From assembly GCA_031414775.1 (NCBI GenBank), contig JANOQI010000054.1:51855-115854 (forward strand): a stretch of 64,000 nucleotides of DNA, given 5' to 3'. Below are positions 9,675-20,622 of this stretch, piece by piece. The stretch's first letter is position 1; each line of letters starts with the position of its first letter. Below the pieces are notes generated by a model. The model did not search any database. It worked only from the letters and a program-made list of their open reading frames with translations, and had not been told where the DNA came from. This stretch comes from Synechococcales cyanobacterium VAR_4_metabat_354. Its GTDB lineage: Bacteria; Cyanobacteriota; Cyanobacteriia; Cyanobacteriales; Chamaesiphonaceae. The position numbers and the translations under genes were made by a program.

Positions 9675-10904
9675 CTAGTTGATTAGCAACACAACCACTT
9701 CATTGCCTGCTAATACCTGCTGAACACCTACAGGCATTAGGGCTAGTCCATTAGCCAACGCTAAATTAATTAAATTGCCAGAATTATGACCACCAGCCAC
9801 TGGCATAAATTGATAACGACCCTGGACGCAGCTGACTTGACCCCACAAATAGTTTTCCCGTTGGCCATTGGAGAACAGGGATTGGGTCGTAATGGCATTT
9901 TGCCAAGCTAATTGGGGTTCTGGTACGCCCGCTAAACGCTGGAAACTCAAATACACAAAGCGCCAGCAGCTGACCAAGGCGGACACCGGATTTCCTGGTA
10001 GTCCAAAATAAATGATCGATCGATCCTGCCGTTCAAAAGTGGCAACGGTGAGAGGCTTACCTGGTTTCACAGCCACAGCGGTCAGATGAATATGACCACC
10101 CAGTTCGGCTAACACTCGATCGACATAATCGAAATCGCCAACCGACACGCCGCCAGTAGACAAAACAATATCAGCTTGATCGATCGCCTGTTGCATGGTG
10201 GCTGCTAAAGCCGCTGGCTGGTCGGGGACAATCTCCAAACAGATGGCCTCACCACCCCATTGCTGGACTAAAGCGGCTAAGGCATACTGATTGGAATTAA
10301 CAATTTGCCCTGGTTGGAGGATCTGCTCAGGCGGCACCAATTCATCGCCAGTGGAGATGATAACGACCTTGGGTCGCGGGTAAACCTGAACTTCGGCATA
10401 CTGGGCGGCGGCTAATACCGCGATCGCTGGCGGTAATAATCTAGTCCCAGTCGGTAATAACAGATCGCCACGGTGGGCATAATCGCCCTGTTTGCGCACA
10501 AATTGACCAAATGCCTGCGGTGCTTGTTGGATCGTCACCACTTCACCGGCTAAGATGGTCTGCTCTTGCATGACGATCGTATCGGCTCCAGCGGGCAACA
10601 TTGCCCCGGTAAAAATGCGCGCCGCTTCACCAAAACCAACTGGTTTAGTCGGTAGCACGCCAGCGGGAATGGTTTCTACTATTTTCAAACTAATCGGCTG
10701 GTCGGTAGCATTCGCCTGGAAATCTGACCACCGTACAGCGTAGCCATCCATGGCGGAATTGTCCCAGTGGGGAAAATCTAGTTTACTAACAATAGGTTGT
10801 GCCAGGATCCGGTCTAATGCCTGATCCAAACTAACTGTTTCGGTGGTTAGCAGGGGCTTACTAAGAGCAAGAATGATCTGAGTTGCTTGGTCGGCAGTGA
10901 GCAT
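9675..10904 (-). CDS. moeA: Molybdopterin molybdenumtransferase
   Basis: SAMDGYA, RIFTGA.LP.GAD, STGDEL, TGGVSVGD.D, KPGKP, GLPGNPVS. Confidence 0.95.
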   Translation of the reverse strand: MLTADQATQIILALSKPLLTTETVSLDQALDRILAQPIVSKLDFPHWDNSAMDGYAVRWSDFQANATDQPISLKIVETIPAGVLPTKPVGFGEAARIFTGAMLPAGADTIVMQEQTILAGEVVTIQQAPQAFGQFVRKQGDYAHRGDLLLPTGTRLLPPAIAVLAAAQYAEVQVYPRPKVVIISTGDELVPPEQILQPGQIVNSNQYALAALVQQWGGEAICLEIVPDQPAALAATMQQAIDQADIVLSTGGVSVGDFDYVDRVLAELGGHIHLTAVAVKPGKPLTVATFERQDRSIIYFGLPGNPVSALVSCWRFVYLSFQRLAGVPEPQLAWQNAITTQSLFSNGQRENYLWGQVSCVQGRYQFMPVAGGHNSGNLINLALANGLALMPVGVQQVLAGNEVVVLLIN

Positions 10905-10974
10905 AAAGATATTAAGGTTAACTTATAGGTTGATCGCACTTCACACCGCATTGTAATTAGGTATTGGGTATTTC

Positions 10975-11514
10975 ATGGCCTCTGGGAAGAATCACGATCG
11001 CATTACTTTGGTTTGTCTCCCGGTGGTGGCTGGAGTTAGTTTGGTTATCACCAAAAATACTGATCTCACGTTTTGGGCAGCTAGTAGCTTTCTTTTTAGT
11101 GGCCTCATGTTTGGCCCTGATCTAGATATTTACTCGCAGCAGTATCAGCGGTGGGGTTGGTTTCGGTGGCTGTGGCGACCTTATCAACGCTGTATTCGCC
11201 ATCGATCGCCTCTTTCCCATGGTCCGCTGATTGGTACCATCCTGCGGATTTTATATCTTGGTCTGTGGCTGGGTTTGATTGGTTTTATTTACTTAGGCAT
11301 TAGTCGATCGATCGGTCATAATCCTGGGATCGATCGACCGTTGCTAACCCTGGCGCAAGAATTGATTATTAGTCACCAGCAACAAATACTAGCGGCCGTA
11401 GTTGGTCTAGAGTTAGGAGCCATGAGTCATTATCTCGCCGATATTTTCTCCTCCAAAATGAAGCAGTGGGGCAAACGCTCCACCGCTCGATCGACCAAAA
11501 AGAACAAAGTCTAA
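10975..11514 (+). CDS. DUF2227-like putative metal-binding membrane protein
   Basis: M.SG..HD, PDLD, HRS.LSH.P and late H motifs with TM segments. Confidence 0.8.
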   Translation: MASGKNHDRITLVCLPVVAGVSLVITKNTDLTFWAASSFLFSGLMFGPDLDIYSQQYQRWGWFRWLWRPYQRCIRHRSPLSHGPLIGTILRILYLGLWLGLIGFIYLGISRSIGHNPGIDRPLLTLAQELIISHQQQILAAVVGLELGAMSHYLADIFSSKMKQWGKRSTARSTKKNKV

Positions 11515-11549
11515 GCCTTAATTTTCTAGAGAATTCTAGCTAAAAATTC

Positions 11550-12236
11550 CTAGTTAGACTGACGACGCATCATCAACAGCTGCACGAGTTGCATTACAGC
11601 GGAAATAGTACTCGCCACATAGGTTAAGGCGGCTGCGCTCAACACTTTTTTAGCCGCCTTATTTTCTTCACCTTGCAAAATGCCTAAATCATTGATGATA
11701 TTTAAGGCTCGGCGGGAAGCATCAAATTCTACGGGTAAAGTCACGATGTGAAATAGTACTGCTGCTGCAAATACCACAATTCCCACATTGAGGAGGGTGT
11801 TACCTAAAAACGGACTGGCCGCAGTTAAAAATAAACCACCCATGACCAACAATGGGCCAAACTGGCTACCAATATTAGCGACTGGTACCAAAGCTGCCCG
11901 CAGATTCATCGGCTTGTAACCTTGCACATCTTGCAGCACATGACCGCACTCATGAGCGGCAATCGCCGCAGCTGATAATGAGCTAGATCCGTATACCCCT
12001 TCAGAAAGACGCACTGCTCGGGCGGATGGGTCGTAATGATCACTAAGTTGGCCGCCTACTGGTTCAACATTCACATCATTCACCCCCATCTTTTGGAGAA
12101 TTGTCTGAGCGACTTCAGCACCAGTCATCCCCAAACTAGAATTCACCTCGGAATACTTATAGTAGGTATTTTTGACATGGAACTGTGACCACATCATCAG
12201 TGCAGCAGGAATTATCAAAAGTAAATAGTAACCCAT
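11550..12236 (-). CDS. Neutral zinc metallopeptidase (YugP-like)
   Basis: DHYDP, AAHECGH (HExxH), TLPVEFDASRRA, AA.TYVA. Confidence 0.9.
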   Translation of the reverse strand: MGYYLLLIIPAALMMWSQFHVKNTYYKYSEVNSSLGMTGAEVAQTILQKMGVNDVNVEPVGGQLSDHYDPSARAVRLSEGVYGSSSLSAAAIAAHECGHVLQDVQGYKPMNLRAALVPVANIGSQFGPLLVMGGLFLTAASPFLGNTLLNVGIVVFAAAVLFHIVTLPVEFDASRRALNIINDLGILQGEENKAAKKVLSAAALTYVASTISAVMQLVQLLMMRRQSN

Positions 12237-12385
12237 AAGCTCCTTTGCGATTAATCAAACTAACTTAAATTCAATATTTTTATCCTAACAGCTGTATTTC
12301 GCTTGCTAGAGTAATGTTTACCCTACTTCATGGATGGGTATTGATACATTTGTGTCGCTAATTACCTCTTGCCAGGCAAGGTCAA

Positions 12386-14416
12386 TTACGATTTTTTTAT
12401 ATCTGCTGTCGATCGACTACCGGTCAAATTCTCGCGCAACTGCTTAATTCGATCGCGTAACTTCGCTGCCAACTCAAACTCCATTTCCTTCGCCGCCGCC
12501 TTCATCTCCGTCTCCAACTGCTTAATCACCCCCGGAATCTGATCCAACGATAACTCTTCAATATTTTCAATCACCGCTTCAATCTGCTGACTATTCAAGC
12601 GCCGTGATACATCCAAGAATTGCAAAATTCCATTGCTCTTCCCCTTGCTCTGCACCGACTGCGGCGTAATGTTATTCAGATTGTTATGCGCTGTCTGAAT
12701 TCCCCGCCTTCTTTCTGTCTCCTCGATCGCTCTCGTCATACTGTCTGTCATATTGTCGGCATAAAGGATCGCCTGTCCGTTGACATGCCGTGCCGCCCGC
12801 CCAATTGTTTGAATCAAAGACCGCTCCGATCGCAAGAAACCTTCCTTATCCGCATCCAAAATCGCCACCAAAGATACCTCTGGCAAATCCAAACCCTCCC
12901 GCAACAAATTCACCCCAATTAATACATCAAATTCCCCATTGCGTAGAGCTTGAATAATTTCAATTCGTTCGATCGATTGAATTTCGGAATGCAAATACCT
13001 GACCCGTACCTGTCGTTCTTGAAAATACTCTACTAAATCTTCGGCCATCCGCTTCGTAAGTGTAGTGATTAAAACTCGTTCTTGCCGTTCCGTCCGACCA
13101 TGAATTTCTGCTAACAGATCGTCGATCTGACCAGTTGTGGGTCGCACAAAAATCTCCGGGTCAATTACCCCGGTCGGTCGAATCACCTGCTCAGCGATCC
13201 GATCGCCAGACAAGTCCAATTCCCAAGCCGCTGGAGTAGCTGAGACAAAAATGCACTGATTCACCTTGCCCCAAAATTCATCAGGCTTCAACGGTCGATT
13301 GTCCGCCGCACTGGGCAAACGGAAACCGTGGTCGATCAGTGTTTTCTTACGGGCTTGGTCACCGTTATACATCCCTCGAATCTGCGGCACACTCACATGG
13401 GATTCATCAACTACCAGCACCCAATCATCCGGGAAATAATCCACTAAACATTCTGGTGGTGCCCCGGCAGCACGACGAGCCAAGTGTCGCGAGTAATTCT
13501 CCACTCCATTGCAATAACCCACTTCTCCCAGCATTTCCAGATCGTAGCGAGTGCGTTGATCAATGCGCTGGGCTTCCAGGAGTTTACCCAAACCTTCCAA
13601 CGTCAGCTTCTGTTCATTCAGCTCATTACGAATATCTTCGATCGCCTGTTCCAAGGTTTCTTCCGGGGTCACAAAGTGACGAGCGGGATAGATATTTAAG
13701 CCCGAGATAGTTTGCATGACGGCACCGGTTACCGGATCGACATAGCGAATCGCGTCGATTTCGTCCCCAAAAAACTCGATGCGTACAATCCGGTCTTCGT
13801 AAGCTGGACCGATTTCTAACACATCACCCCGCACCCGAAATTTACCTCGTCCCATCTCAATGTCATTACGGGTATATTGCACCGCTACCAGCTGCTTCAA
13901 CACTTCACCCATATTGATTTCCATCCCCACTTGAAAGGGAATGGAGGCTTTCAGATATTCAGCCGGTGTTCCCAAGCCATAGATACAACTAATCGAAGCC
14001 ACTACAATTACATCGCGCCGCTCAAATAGCGATCGAGTAGCGGAGTGACGCAGCATATCAATTTCTTCATTGATCGCCGAGGTTTTTTCAATATAAGTAT
14101 CAGTGACCGGAATGTAGGCTTCCGGCTGGTAGTAGTCGTAGTAAGAAATGAAATATTCGACAGCGTTGTGGGGGAAGAACTGCCGAAATTCGTTGCAGAG
14201 CTGGGCGGCCAGGGTTTTGTTGTGAGCTAGGACTAGAGTTGGTTTACCATAGGCGGCAATGGCCGAGGCGATCGTGAAGGTTTTACCAGTCCCGGTCGCC
14301 CCCAATAGGGTTTGATATTGCTGATTAGTTTGGAGATTGGCCAAGAGTTGTTCGATCGCTTTCGGTTGATCGCCAGTAGGACTAAAGGGAGCTTCGAGGA
14401 TGAAGGGGCTATCCAT
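12386..14416 (-). CDS. uvrB: Excinuclease ABC subunit B
   Basis: [35 protein letters not shown]-terminal UVR domain. Confidence 0.98.
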   Translation of the reverse strand: MDSPFILEAPFSPTGDQPKAIEQLLANLQTNQQYQTLLGATGTGKTFTIASAIAAYGKPTLVLAHNKTLAAQLCNEFRQFFPHNAVEYFISYYDYYQPEAYIPVTDTYIEKTSAINEEIDMLRHSATRSLFERRDVIVVASISCIYGLGTPAEYLKASIPFQVGMEINMGEVLKQLVAVQYTRNDIEMGRGKFRVRGDVLEIGPAYEDRIVRIEFFGDEIDAIRYVDPVTGAVMQTISGLNIYPARHFVTPEETLEQAIEDIRNELNEQKLTLEGLGKLLEAQRIDQRTRYDLEMLGEVGYCNGVENYSRHLARRAAGAPPECLVDYFPDDWVLVVDESHVSVPQIRGMYNGDQARKKTLIDHGFRLPSAADNRPLKPDEFWGKVNQCIFVSATPAAWELDLSGDRIAEQVIRPTGVIDPEIFVRPTTGQIDDLLAEIHGRTERQERVLITTLTKRMAEDLVEYFQERQVRVRYLHSEIQSIERIEIIQALRNGEFDVLIGVNLLREGLDLPEVSLVAILDADKEGFLRSERSLIQTIGRAARHVNGQAILYADNMTDSMTRAIEETERRRGIQTAHNNLNNITPQSVQSKGKSNGILQFLDVSRRLNSQQIEAVIENIEELSLDQIPGVIKQLETEMKAAAKEMEFELAAKLRDRIKQLRENLTGSRSTADIKKS

Positions 14417-14644
14417 AATCGATTTTCTTAAGTAAAGGCTACGCCAACAAGAACTGCGTTAGTTTGTACTATTTTAGCATTACCGAATTTAATGCAGTGG
14501 CTCATCCGGATCTTTTCAGTCATTGACCATCAAAGACTTACTCTTTCAAGACTAGTTCTATCCTAGCCCATTCTTTTAATCTAGTTGATCTGGATCGACG
14601 AGTTGGCTAGTGGATTTAAGGCAAGTTTGCTGTTTGCAGTAAGG

Positions 14645-15124
14645 CTAGAAATTAAGAACTGAAGCCCAAGCGATCAATATCCCTAAAATAGCGCCCACAA
14701 TTACCTGAACCGGCGTATGGCCAAGTAACTCTTTAAGGCGCTGCTCATTAAAGTGGTGATCCTCAGAAAATAATTCATCCACCATTTGATTCAAAATTTT
14801 GGCCTGTTTGCCAGCCGCTTGCCGTACACCAGCCGCATCATACATTACGATAATTGCAAAGATGGTCGCGATCGCAAATTCCACACTATCCCAGCCCTTG
14901 ACTTGGCCAACCCCCGCTGCCAGCGCTGTCACAAAAGCTGAATGAGCACTGGGCATCCCACCTGTCGTCGTCAGCACACGCAGACTCACTTTTCTATTCT
15001 TGATCAGATCAATCATCAGCTTTAATGCCTGCGCAATACCGCAAGCTGCTAGAGCCACTATCAGTACGTGGTTATTCAAAACAGCACTAATATTTTGAAT
15101 TGTGGGATCTGCTGAACTGGGCAC
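14645..15124 (-). CDS. Divergent PAP2 family protein (DUF212)
   Basis: GGMPSAHSA, YDAAGVR..AG.QA, LKELLGHTP; lies directly downstream of crtE. Confidence 0.9.
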   Translation of the reverse strand: MPSSADPTIQNISAVLNNHVLIVALAACGIAQALKLMIDLIKNRKVSLRVLTTTGGMPSAHSAFVTALAAGVGQVKGWDSVEFAIATIFAIIVMYDAAGVRQAAGKQAKILNQMVDELFSEDHHFNEQRLKELLGHTPVQVIVGAILGILIAWASVLNF

Positions 15125-15187
15125 AAAGCTTACCTGGGGTAGGGAATAGAAACAATGTAATACTGGATACTGAATGACAGTAAGCAG

Positions 15188-16114
15188 TTAGTTGCGCCGC
15201 GTCGTAATGAAGTCGGCTAAGGCTTGCAGCGGTTGTGCGGCGGCACCATAAACATTCAATACTTCTTTAGCAGTAGTGACTAGTGCGGTTGCTTGGCGCT
15301 GAGACTCCTCAATTCCCAAGAGCTTGGGATAGGTGGCTTTTTCAGCTTGGAGATCTTTCCCAGCACTTTTACCCAATTCTTCGGAAGTGGCTGTAATGTC
15401 TAAGATATCATCAATGATCTGGAAGGCCAGACCAATGTTTCGAGCATATTGAGACAGGCGTTGCAGGTCGTCTGCCACAGCACCAGCAATAATGCCGCCG
15501 CAGGCCACGGCTGATTCTAGTAAAGCACCGGTCTTATGGGCATGGATATAGCTCAAGGTTTCTAGGGTTACATCGGCCTGACCTTCGGAGGCTAAGTCCA
15601 CCACTTGGCCTCCCACCAATCCACCAGCACCAGAGGCTTTAGCTAAATGCACCACGGCATCAAGGATTCGATCGATCGGCACCGGCACTTGCCTACTTCC
15701 TTGCGTCATATGTTCAAAAGCGTAGGCCAACAGACCATCACCAGCGAGGATGGCAATATCTTCGCCGTAAACTTTATGATTGGTTAATTGACCCCGACGG
15801 TAGTCATCATTGTCCATCGCGGGCAAGTCATCATGAATCAGCGACATAGTATGAATCATTTCCATCGCACAGGCCGTGGGCATGGCCATTTCGATGTTTC
15901 CACCCAGCAATTCGCAACTGGCAATCGTCAAAATTGGCCGCAGTCGTTTGCCCCCAGCTAACAATGAATAGCGCATTGCTTCATAGATTTTGGCGGGATA
16001 GGCTAGCGGCAATGATTTGGCCAATGCGGCTTCCACCTGCGCCTGTCGATCGATCAGGTAGGGCTGGAGCTGGAAGTTGGTTTGGATGGAAGGTGGATTA
16101 CTGGTCATTGCCAA
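15188..16114 (-). CDS. crtE: Geranylgeranyl diphosphate synthase (start may be ATG at 16108)
   Basis: [22 protein letters not shown] (FARM), FQI.DDILD (SARM). Confidence 0.93.
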   Translation of the reverse strand: MAMTSNPPSIQTNFQLQPYLIDRQAQVEAALAKSLPLAYPAKIYEAMRYSLLAGGKRLRPILTIASCELLGGNIEMAMPTACAMEMIHTMSLIHDDLPAMDNDDYRRGQLTNHKVYGEDIAILAGDGLLAYAFEHMTQGSRQVPVPIDRILDAVVHLAKASGAGGLVGGQVVDLASEGQADVTLETLSYIHAHKTGALLESAVACGGIIAGAVADDLQRLSQYARNIGLAFQIIDDILDITATSEELGKSAGKDLQAEKATYPKLLGIEESQRQATALVTTAKEVLNVYGAAAQPLQALADFITTRRN

Positions 16115-16188
16115 AAGTCACAGATTTCATATTCCATCATTTTAAAGGGCTTTGGCGCTGTTTGGAGACCGGAAAACTTAGCCATCAG

Positions 16189-16590
16189 TTAACGTGGCGT
16201 TAACTTTAAATATCTGCGCACTAGCAAAATAGCGACCAAATCATCGATCGGACGGGGTGGTAAGCGCATTCCTGGGGGAATAATTTTCTGAAAGCCCTGG
16301 GCTGGGTACATTTCCCAGTAGAGATCCCTCGCTTCTAAGGTGCTGTGATGTTCATCGACGGGTGTGATCAAGAGCTGTGGCAACTCTGTTTGTAATTGAG
16401 TTTGCCACTGTCTAGATGTTGTCCCATCGCCTATCACCACCTGCGTTACTGACCACTGTGCCGCCAGCATTTTAATTTGTTCCACGACGGTGGCAGTGGG
16501 AATCACTTCGTGGTACTGGGCTTGTCCTTGGTCATCGACGATGGCCACTCCACATTTATCTTTACCGGGATCAAAACCTAGATACATCAT
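16189..16590 (-). CDS. YqgF/RuvX-family RNase H-like nuclease
   Basis: LGFDPG.DKCG, VIGDGT, VDE..ST.EAR, DD.VA; alternative start 16611. Confidence 0.85.
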   Translation of the reverse strand: MMYLGFDPGKDKCGVAIVDDQGQAQYHEVIPTATVVEQIKMLAAQWSVTQVVIGDGTTSRQWQTQLQTELPQLLITPVDEHHSTLEARDLYWEMYPAQGFQKIIPPGMRLPPRPIDDLVAILLVRRYLKLTPR

Positions 16591-16681
16591 ACGCACGCCT
16601 TCTGGATTCATCAGCCTTGACTAATCAGTTCCCAACTAGTGACAATCTTTAGAATACCTGGCCTGAGTAAAAGAAAAATTC

Positions 16682-17572
16682 ATGAAAGTAGCAATCACCG
16701 GAGCCACTGGCTTCGTCGGTAGTCGGTTAGTCGAAAAATTATTGGCGCGGGGCGATGAGGTTGTAGTATTGACCCGGAATCCAGCCGCTGCCCACAAGTT
16801 AGCAGCTACCAAAATTGTGCAGTACCGACCGCTGGAAAGTGGCGACTGGCAGCAAGAAATTTCTGGCTGCGACGCAGTGGTTAATTTGGCAGGGGAGCCG
16901 ATCGCCGAGAAACGCTGGACAACCGAGCAGAAAAAAGTAATTTTGGAGAGCCGCAAACTTGGCACCCAAAAAATTGTGGAAGCGATCCAACAGGCCGCAT
17001 CCCCACCCCAGGTTTTAATTAATGCTTCGGCGATTGGTTTCTACGGTATTAGTGATACGGCCAAGTTTGATGAATCTAGCCCCTCTGGTAGTGATTTCTT
17101 AGCTGAAGTTTGTCGAGAGTGGGAAACGGCGGCACAGCAAACTACTGCGCGGTTGGTAATGCTGCGGTTAGGTGTGGTGCTGGGAAATGGTGGTGCTTTA
17201 GCCAAAATGATCCCAGCTTTCAAAATGTTTATGGGCGGTCCGATCGGATCTGGCGATCAATGGTTTTCTTGGGTACACCTAGATGATGTGGTGGGAATGA
17301 TCCTAGCGGCTCTGGACGACCAAACCATGTCGGGCGTGTTTAATGCCACCGCCCCACAACCAGTCAGCATGAAAGAATTATGCCAACAGCTGGGCGAGGT
17401 GATGGGGCGACCATCCTGGATGCCTGTGCCCAGTTTCGTCTTAGAGGCGATGCTCGGTGACGGGGCGACGGTCGTACTGGAAGGTCAACAGGTATTACCA
17501 ACGGCTGCCTTAAGCCGAGGTTTTTCTTTCCAATACCCGCAAATTACTGCCGCTTTGAGATCGATCATCTAA
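16682..17572 (+). CDS. TIGR01777-family NAD(P)-binding epimerase/SDR protein
   Basis: TGATGFVG, NLAGE, SAIGFYG, G.G.QW.SW.H..D. Confidence 0.9.
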   Translation: MKVAITGATGFVGSRLVEKLLARGDEVVVLTRNPAAAHKLAATKIVQYRPLESGDWQQEISGCDAVVNLAGEPIAEKRWTTEQKKVILESRKLGTQKIVEAIQQAASPPQVLINASAIGFYGISDTAKFDESSPSGSDFLAEVCREWETAAQQTTARLVMLRLGVVLGNGGALAKMIPAFKMFMGGPIGSGDQWFSWVHLDDVVGMILAALDDQTMSGVFNATAPQPVSMKELCQQLGEVMGRPSWMPVPSFVLEAMLGDGATVVLEGQQVLPTAALSRGFSFQYPQITAALRSII

Positions 17573-17898
17573 CTAAAATTTATAACCTTTCGGTAAACAA
17601 CACTCTGGCCATTCGGCTTGCCCGATATTGCTCTGGGCAAGCCTAGCGTAGATTTAGAAGAATCACTACATCGCCTCTCAAATAGACTGTGCGGTAGGTA
17701 CGGTAAACCACCCTTCAAAAAAATCCTCAATCAAACCAGGATAGGGTTGGTAAGTGCAGTTGCAGACCAACTGTCATTAACGCAGTTTCTCCTCATAGAG
17801 AATCGCTTGTCGCCGCATCATGGCCAATTAGCCCTGTTCTGGGGTGGCAAATAGTAAACCCAACTGTCATATAGATAAAAAGGAATAGTTAAAGCTTT

Positions 17899-19794
17899 AT
17901 GGGAAAAGTCGTAGGCATTGATTTAGGAACAACCAACTCTTGCGTAGCAGTAATGGAAGGTGGCAAACCCACTGTAATTGCTAACGCTGAGGGCTTCCGC
18001 ACTACCCCTTCCGTGGTTGCTTTTGCTAAGAATGGCGATCGGCTGGTCGGGCAGATTGCTAAGCGGCAAGCGGTAATGAACCCCGAAAACACATTTTATT
18101 CGGTTAAGCGTTTTATCGGTCGGCGCTTTGACGAGATTACTAACGAAGCCACCGAAGTTGCTTACAAAGTTTTGAACGAAGGCAATAGCGTTCGGATCGA
18201 CAGTAATGGCAAGAAGTACGCCCCGGAAGAAATTTCAGCCTTGGTACTACGCAAGCTGGTCGATGATGCCAGCAAGTACTTAGGTGAAACTGTTACCCAG
18301 GCCGTAATTACAGTTCCAGCTTACTTCAACGATTCTCAGCGGCAAGCCACCAAAGATGCTGGTAAGATTGCTGGGATCGAAGTGCTGCGGATTATCAACG
18401 AGCCAACTGCTGCTTCTTTGGCCTATGGTCTCGACAAAAAGAGCAGTGAAACCATCTTGGTATTTGACTTAGGTGGCGGTACTTTCGACGTATCCCTATT
18501 AGAAGTAGGTGATGGTGTATTTGAAGTACTTTCTACCTCCGGCGATACCCACTTAGGTGGTGATGACTTCGATAAAAAGATCGTAGACTTCATGGCCGAT
18601 GACTTTGCTCGGAAAGAAGGCATTGACCTTCGCAAAGACCGTCAAGCCCTGCAACGCCTCACTGAGGCCGCAGAAAAAGCCAAGATTGAGCTGTCTAGTG
18701 TGACCCAGGCTGATATCAACCTGCCCTTTATCACAGCTACTCAGGATGGGCCAAAACATTTAGACCTCACCTTGACCAGAGCTAAGTTTGAAGAAATTTG
18801 TGCTGATTTGATCGATCGATGCCGCGTGCCCGTAGAAAACGCTGTCCGCGATGCCAAAATCGACAAAAGCAAAATTGATGAAATCGTACTAGTTGGTGGT
18901 TCGACCCGGATTCCAGCAGTCCAAGAAGTCGTCAAAAAAGTGTTGGGTAAAGACCCTAACCAAACCGTAAACCCTGACGAAGTAGTAGCTGTCGGTGCTG
19001 CTGTACAAGCGGGCGTACTAGCTGGAGAAGTTAAAGACATTCTCTTACTAGATGTTACCCCGTTGTCCTTGGGCGTTGAAACCTTAGGTGGTGTAATGAC
19101 TCGGATCATTCCCCGCAACACGACGATCCCTACCAAAAAGTCTGAAACCTTCTCGACAGCAGTGGATGGCCAAAGCAATGTCGAAATCCATGTGCTGCAA
19201 GGTGAGCGGGAAATGTCCAAAGACAACAAGTCCTTAGGAACCTTCCGTTTAGATGGTATTCCACCCTCACAACGCGGTGTACCGCAAATCGAAGTCACTT
19301 TCGACATCGATGCCAACGGCATCTTAAGCGTCATTGCTAAAGATAAGGGCACCGGCAAAGAACAGACTATCAGTATCACCGGTGCTTCTACTCTCGACAA
19401 AAACGAAGTAGAAAGAATGGTAACGGAAGCTGAGCGGAATGCTTCCTCTGATAAAGAGTTAAAAGATAAAGTAGAACGGAAAAACCAAGCTGATTCTCTT
19501 TGCTATCAGGCTGAAAAACAGTTAGAAGAACTGGGTGATAAAGTTCCAGTCGCTGACAAGACTAAGTTAGAAGGCTTAATCAAGGAATTGAAAGAAGCTG
19601 TCACCAAGGAAGATGATGCTGATATTCAGCGATTGACTCCTGAAGTTCAACAGACCCTTTATACGATCGGTAGCAATATCTATCAACAGTCTAGTCCTGG
19701 CGACGCTGGCACCCCTCCTGATGATGCCGCTACACCGCCAAGCGGTGGTGATGATGTGATCGATGCAGAGTTTTCTGAATCAGACAACAAATAA
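17899..19794 (+). CDS. dnaK: Molecular chaperone DnaK (DnaK2-like)
   Basis: [31 protein letters not shown]-terminal DDVIDAEF. Confidence 0.99.
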   Translation: MGKVVGIDLGTTNSCVAVMEGGKPTVIANAEGFRTTPSVVAFAKNGDRLVGQIAKRQAVMNPENTFYSVKRFIGRRFDEITNEATEVAYKVLNEGNSVRIDSNGKKYAPEEISALVLRKLVDDASKYLGETVTQAVITVPAYFNDSQRQATKDAGKIAGIEVLRIINEPTAASLAYGLDKKSSETILVFDLGGGTFDVSLLEVGDGVFEVLSTSGDTHLGGDDFDKKIVDFMADDFARKEGIDLRKDRQALQRLTEAAEKAKIELSSVTQADINLPFITATQDGPKHLDLTLTRAKFEEICADLIDRCRVPVENAVRDAKIDKSKIDEIVLVGGSTRIPAVQEVVKKVLGKDPNQTVNPDEVVAVGAAVQAGVLAGEVKDILLLDVTPLSLGVETLGGVMTRIIPRNTTIPTKKSETFSTAVDGQSNVEIHVLQGEREMSKDNKSLGTFRLDGIPPSQRGVPQIEVTFDIDANGILSVIAKDKGTGKEQTISITGASTLDKNEVERMVTEAERNASSDKELKDKVERKNQADSLCYQAEKQLEELGDKVPVADKTKLEGLIKELKEAVTKEDDADIQRLTPEVQQTLYTIGSNIYQQSSPGDAGTPPDDAATPPSGGDDVIDAEFSESDNK

Positions 19795-19820
19795 TTCATT
19801 TCATCTGACTGGAAATCTTT

Positions 19821-19848
19821 ATCCCACTGCCTAGGCAGTGGGATTTTG
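19821..19848 (+). terminator. Intrinsic terminator of dnaK
   Basis: ATCCCACTGCC-TA-GGCAGTGGGAT followed by TTT. Confidence 0.8.
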
Positions 19849-19990
19849 TATCTTAATGCTACTAAACACCATCAAACTCATCAACTGGTAGTGGATTTGA
19901 TACTCCAACGCATTATGATATGAATTACTGATGACTAAAATAGTTTATTAACAAAGTCCAGAGTGCTATAATTGCGACGTTAAGAGTATG

Positions 19991-20095
19991 TATCGGTTAA
20001 ATTGTTTGTTTCTAGTATTGACGAGTTTTTTACGTTCTGCATTGGCAGCCTTCTCTCCGAAATCTCACTCTCTACACCATTCTGATTTTGGAGAA
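19991..20095 (+). promoter_or_regulatory. Conserved rbp 5'UTR boxes and RBS-sequestering hairpin
   Basis: TTTGTTTCTAGT (20005-20016); TCTCCGAA (20054-20061) can pair with TTTGGAGA RBS (20087-20094). Confidence 0.75.
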
Positions 20096-20100
20096 AATAT

Positions 20101-20409
20101 ATGTCAATTTATGTAGGTAACCTATCCTATGAGGTTAAAGAAGCTGATCTGAGCGCTGTTTTTGCAGAGTACGGATCGGTTAAGCGGGTACAGTTGCCCA
20201 CTGACCGCGAAACTGGTCGCATGCGCGGCTTTGGTTTTGTGGAAATGAGCACTGATGCTGAAGAAGACGCTGCTATCGCTGCTTTAGACGGAGCAGAATG
20301 GATGGGGCGCGACTTGAAAGTTAACAAGGCTAAGCCTCGCGAAGACCGAGGTTCTGGTGGTGGCGATCGCCGTGGTGGCGGTGGCGGCGGTTTTAACCGT
20401 AACTACTAA
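20101..20409 (+). CDS. rbp: RRM RNA-binding protein with Gly-rich tail (RbpA-like)
   Basis: IYVGNL (RNP2), RGFGFVEM (RNP1), C-terminal RGG/Gly tail. Confidence 0.95.
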   Translation: MSIYVGNLSYEVKEADLSAVFAEYGSVKRVQLPTDRETGRMRGFGFVEMSTDAEEDAAIAALDGAEWMGRDLKVNKAKPREDRGSGGGDRRGGGGGGFNRNY

Positions 20410-20474
20410 GAAAATATTTTAAGTTAGATAGTCTATCTGCCCTCAGCTCAGGTCACTCTAACGTAAACTACTGG

Positions 20475-20502
20475 CTCAAGCTCATAAGGCTTGGGTTTTT
20501 TT
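20475..20502 (+). terminator. Probable terminator of rbp
   Basis: CTCAAGC-loop-GCTTGGG followed by a T run. Confidence 0.6.
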
Positions 20503-20622
20503 GTATGTGAAAATACTTTTTTTGATCGATGCCTCGCTGCGGAATCGATGAGTTATTCGCAAATGCGGCGATAGCTAGCAATTTTGTTAAGATAAAGCCA
20601 TTGCAATCTGTTTTAGAAAGAT

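Noticed and set aside
14458..14480. Possible LexA box at the uvrB promoter (minus strand TAAAAT-AGTACAAACTAAC)
   Set aside because: Only the AGTAC half-site matches the cyanobacterial RGTAC-N4-GTWC consensus
17618..17854. Small ORFs in promoter regions (17618..17854; also 52267..52458)
   Set aside because: No motifs or RBS; they overlap the expected regulatory regions of dnaK and ctaC
18741..19400. 219-aa ORF antisense to dnaK
   Set aside because: Long antisense frames opposite Hsp70 genes are a familiar by-product of codon bias; no RBS or independent signal
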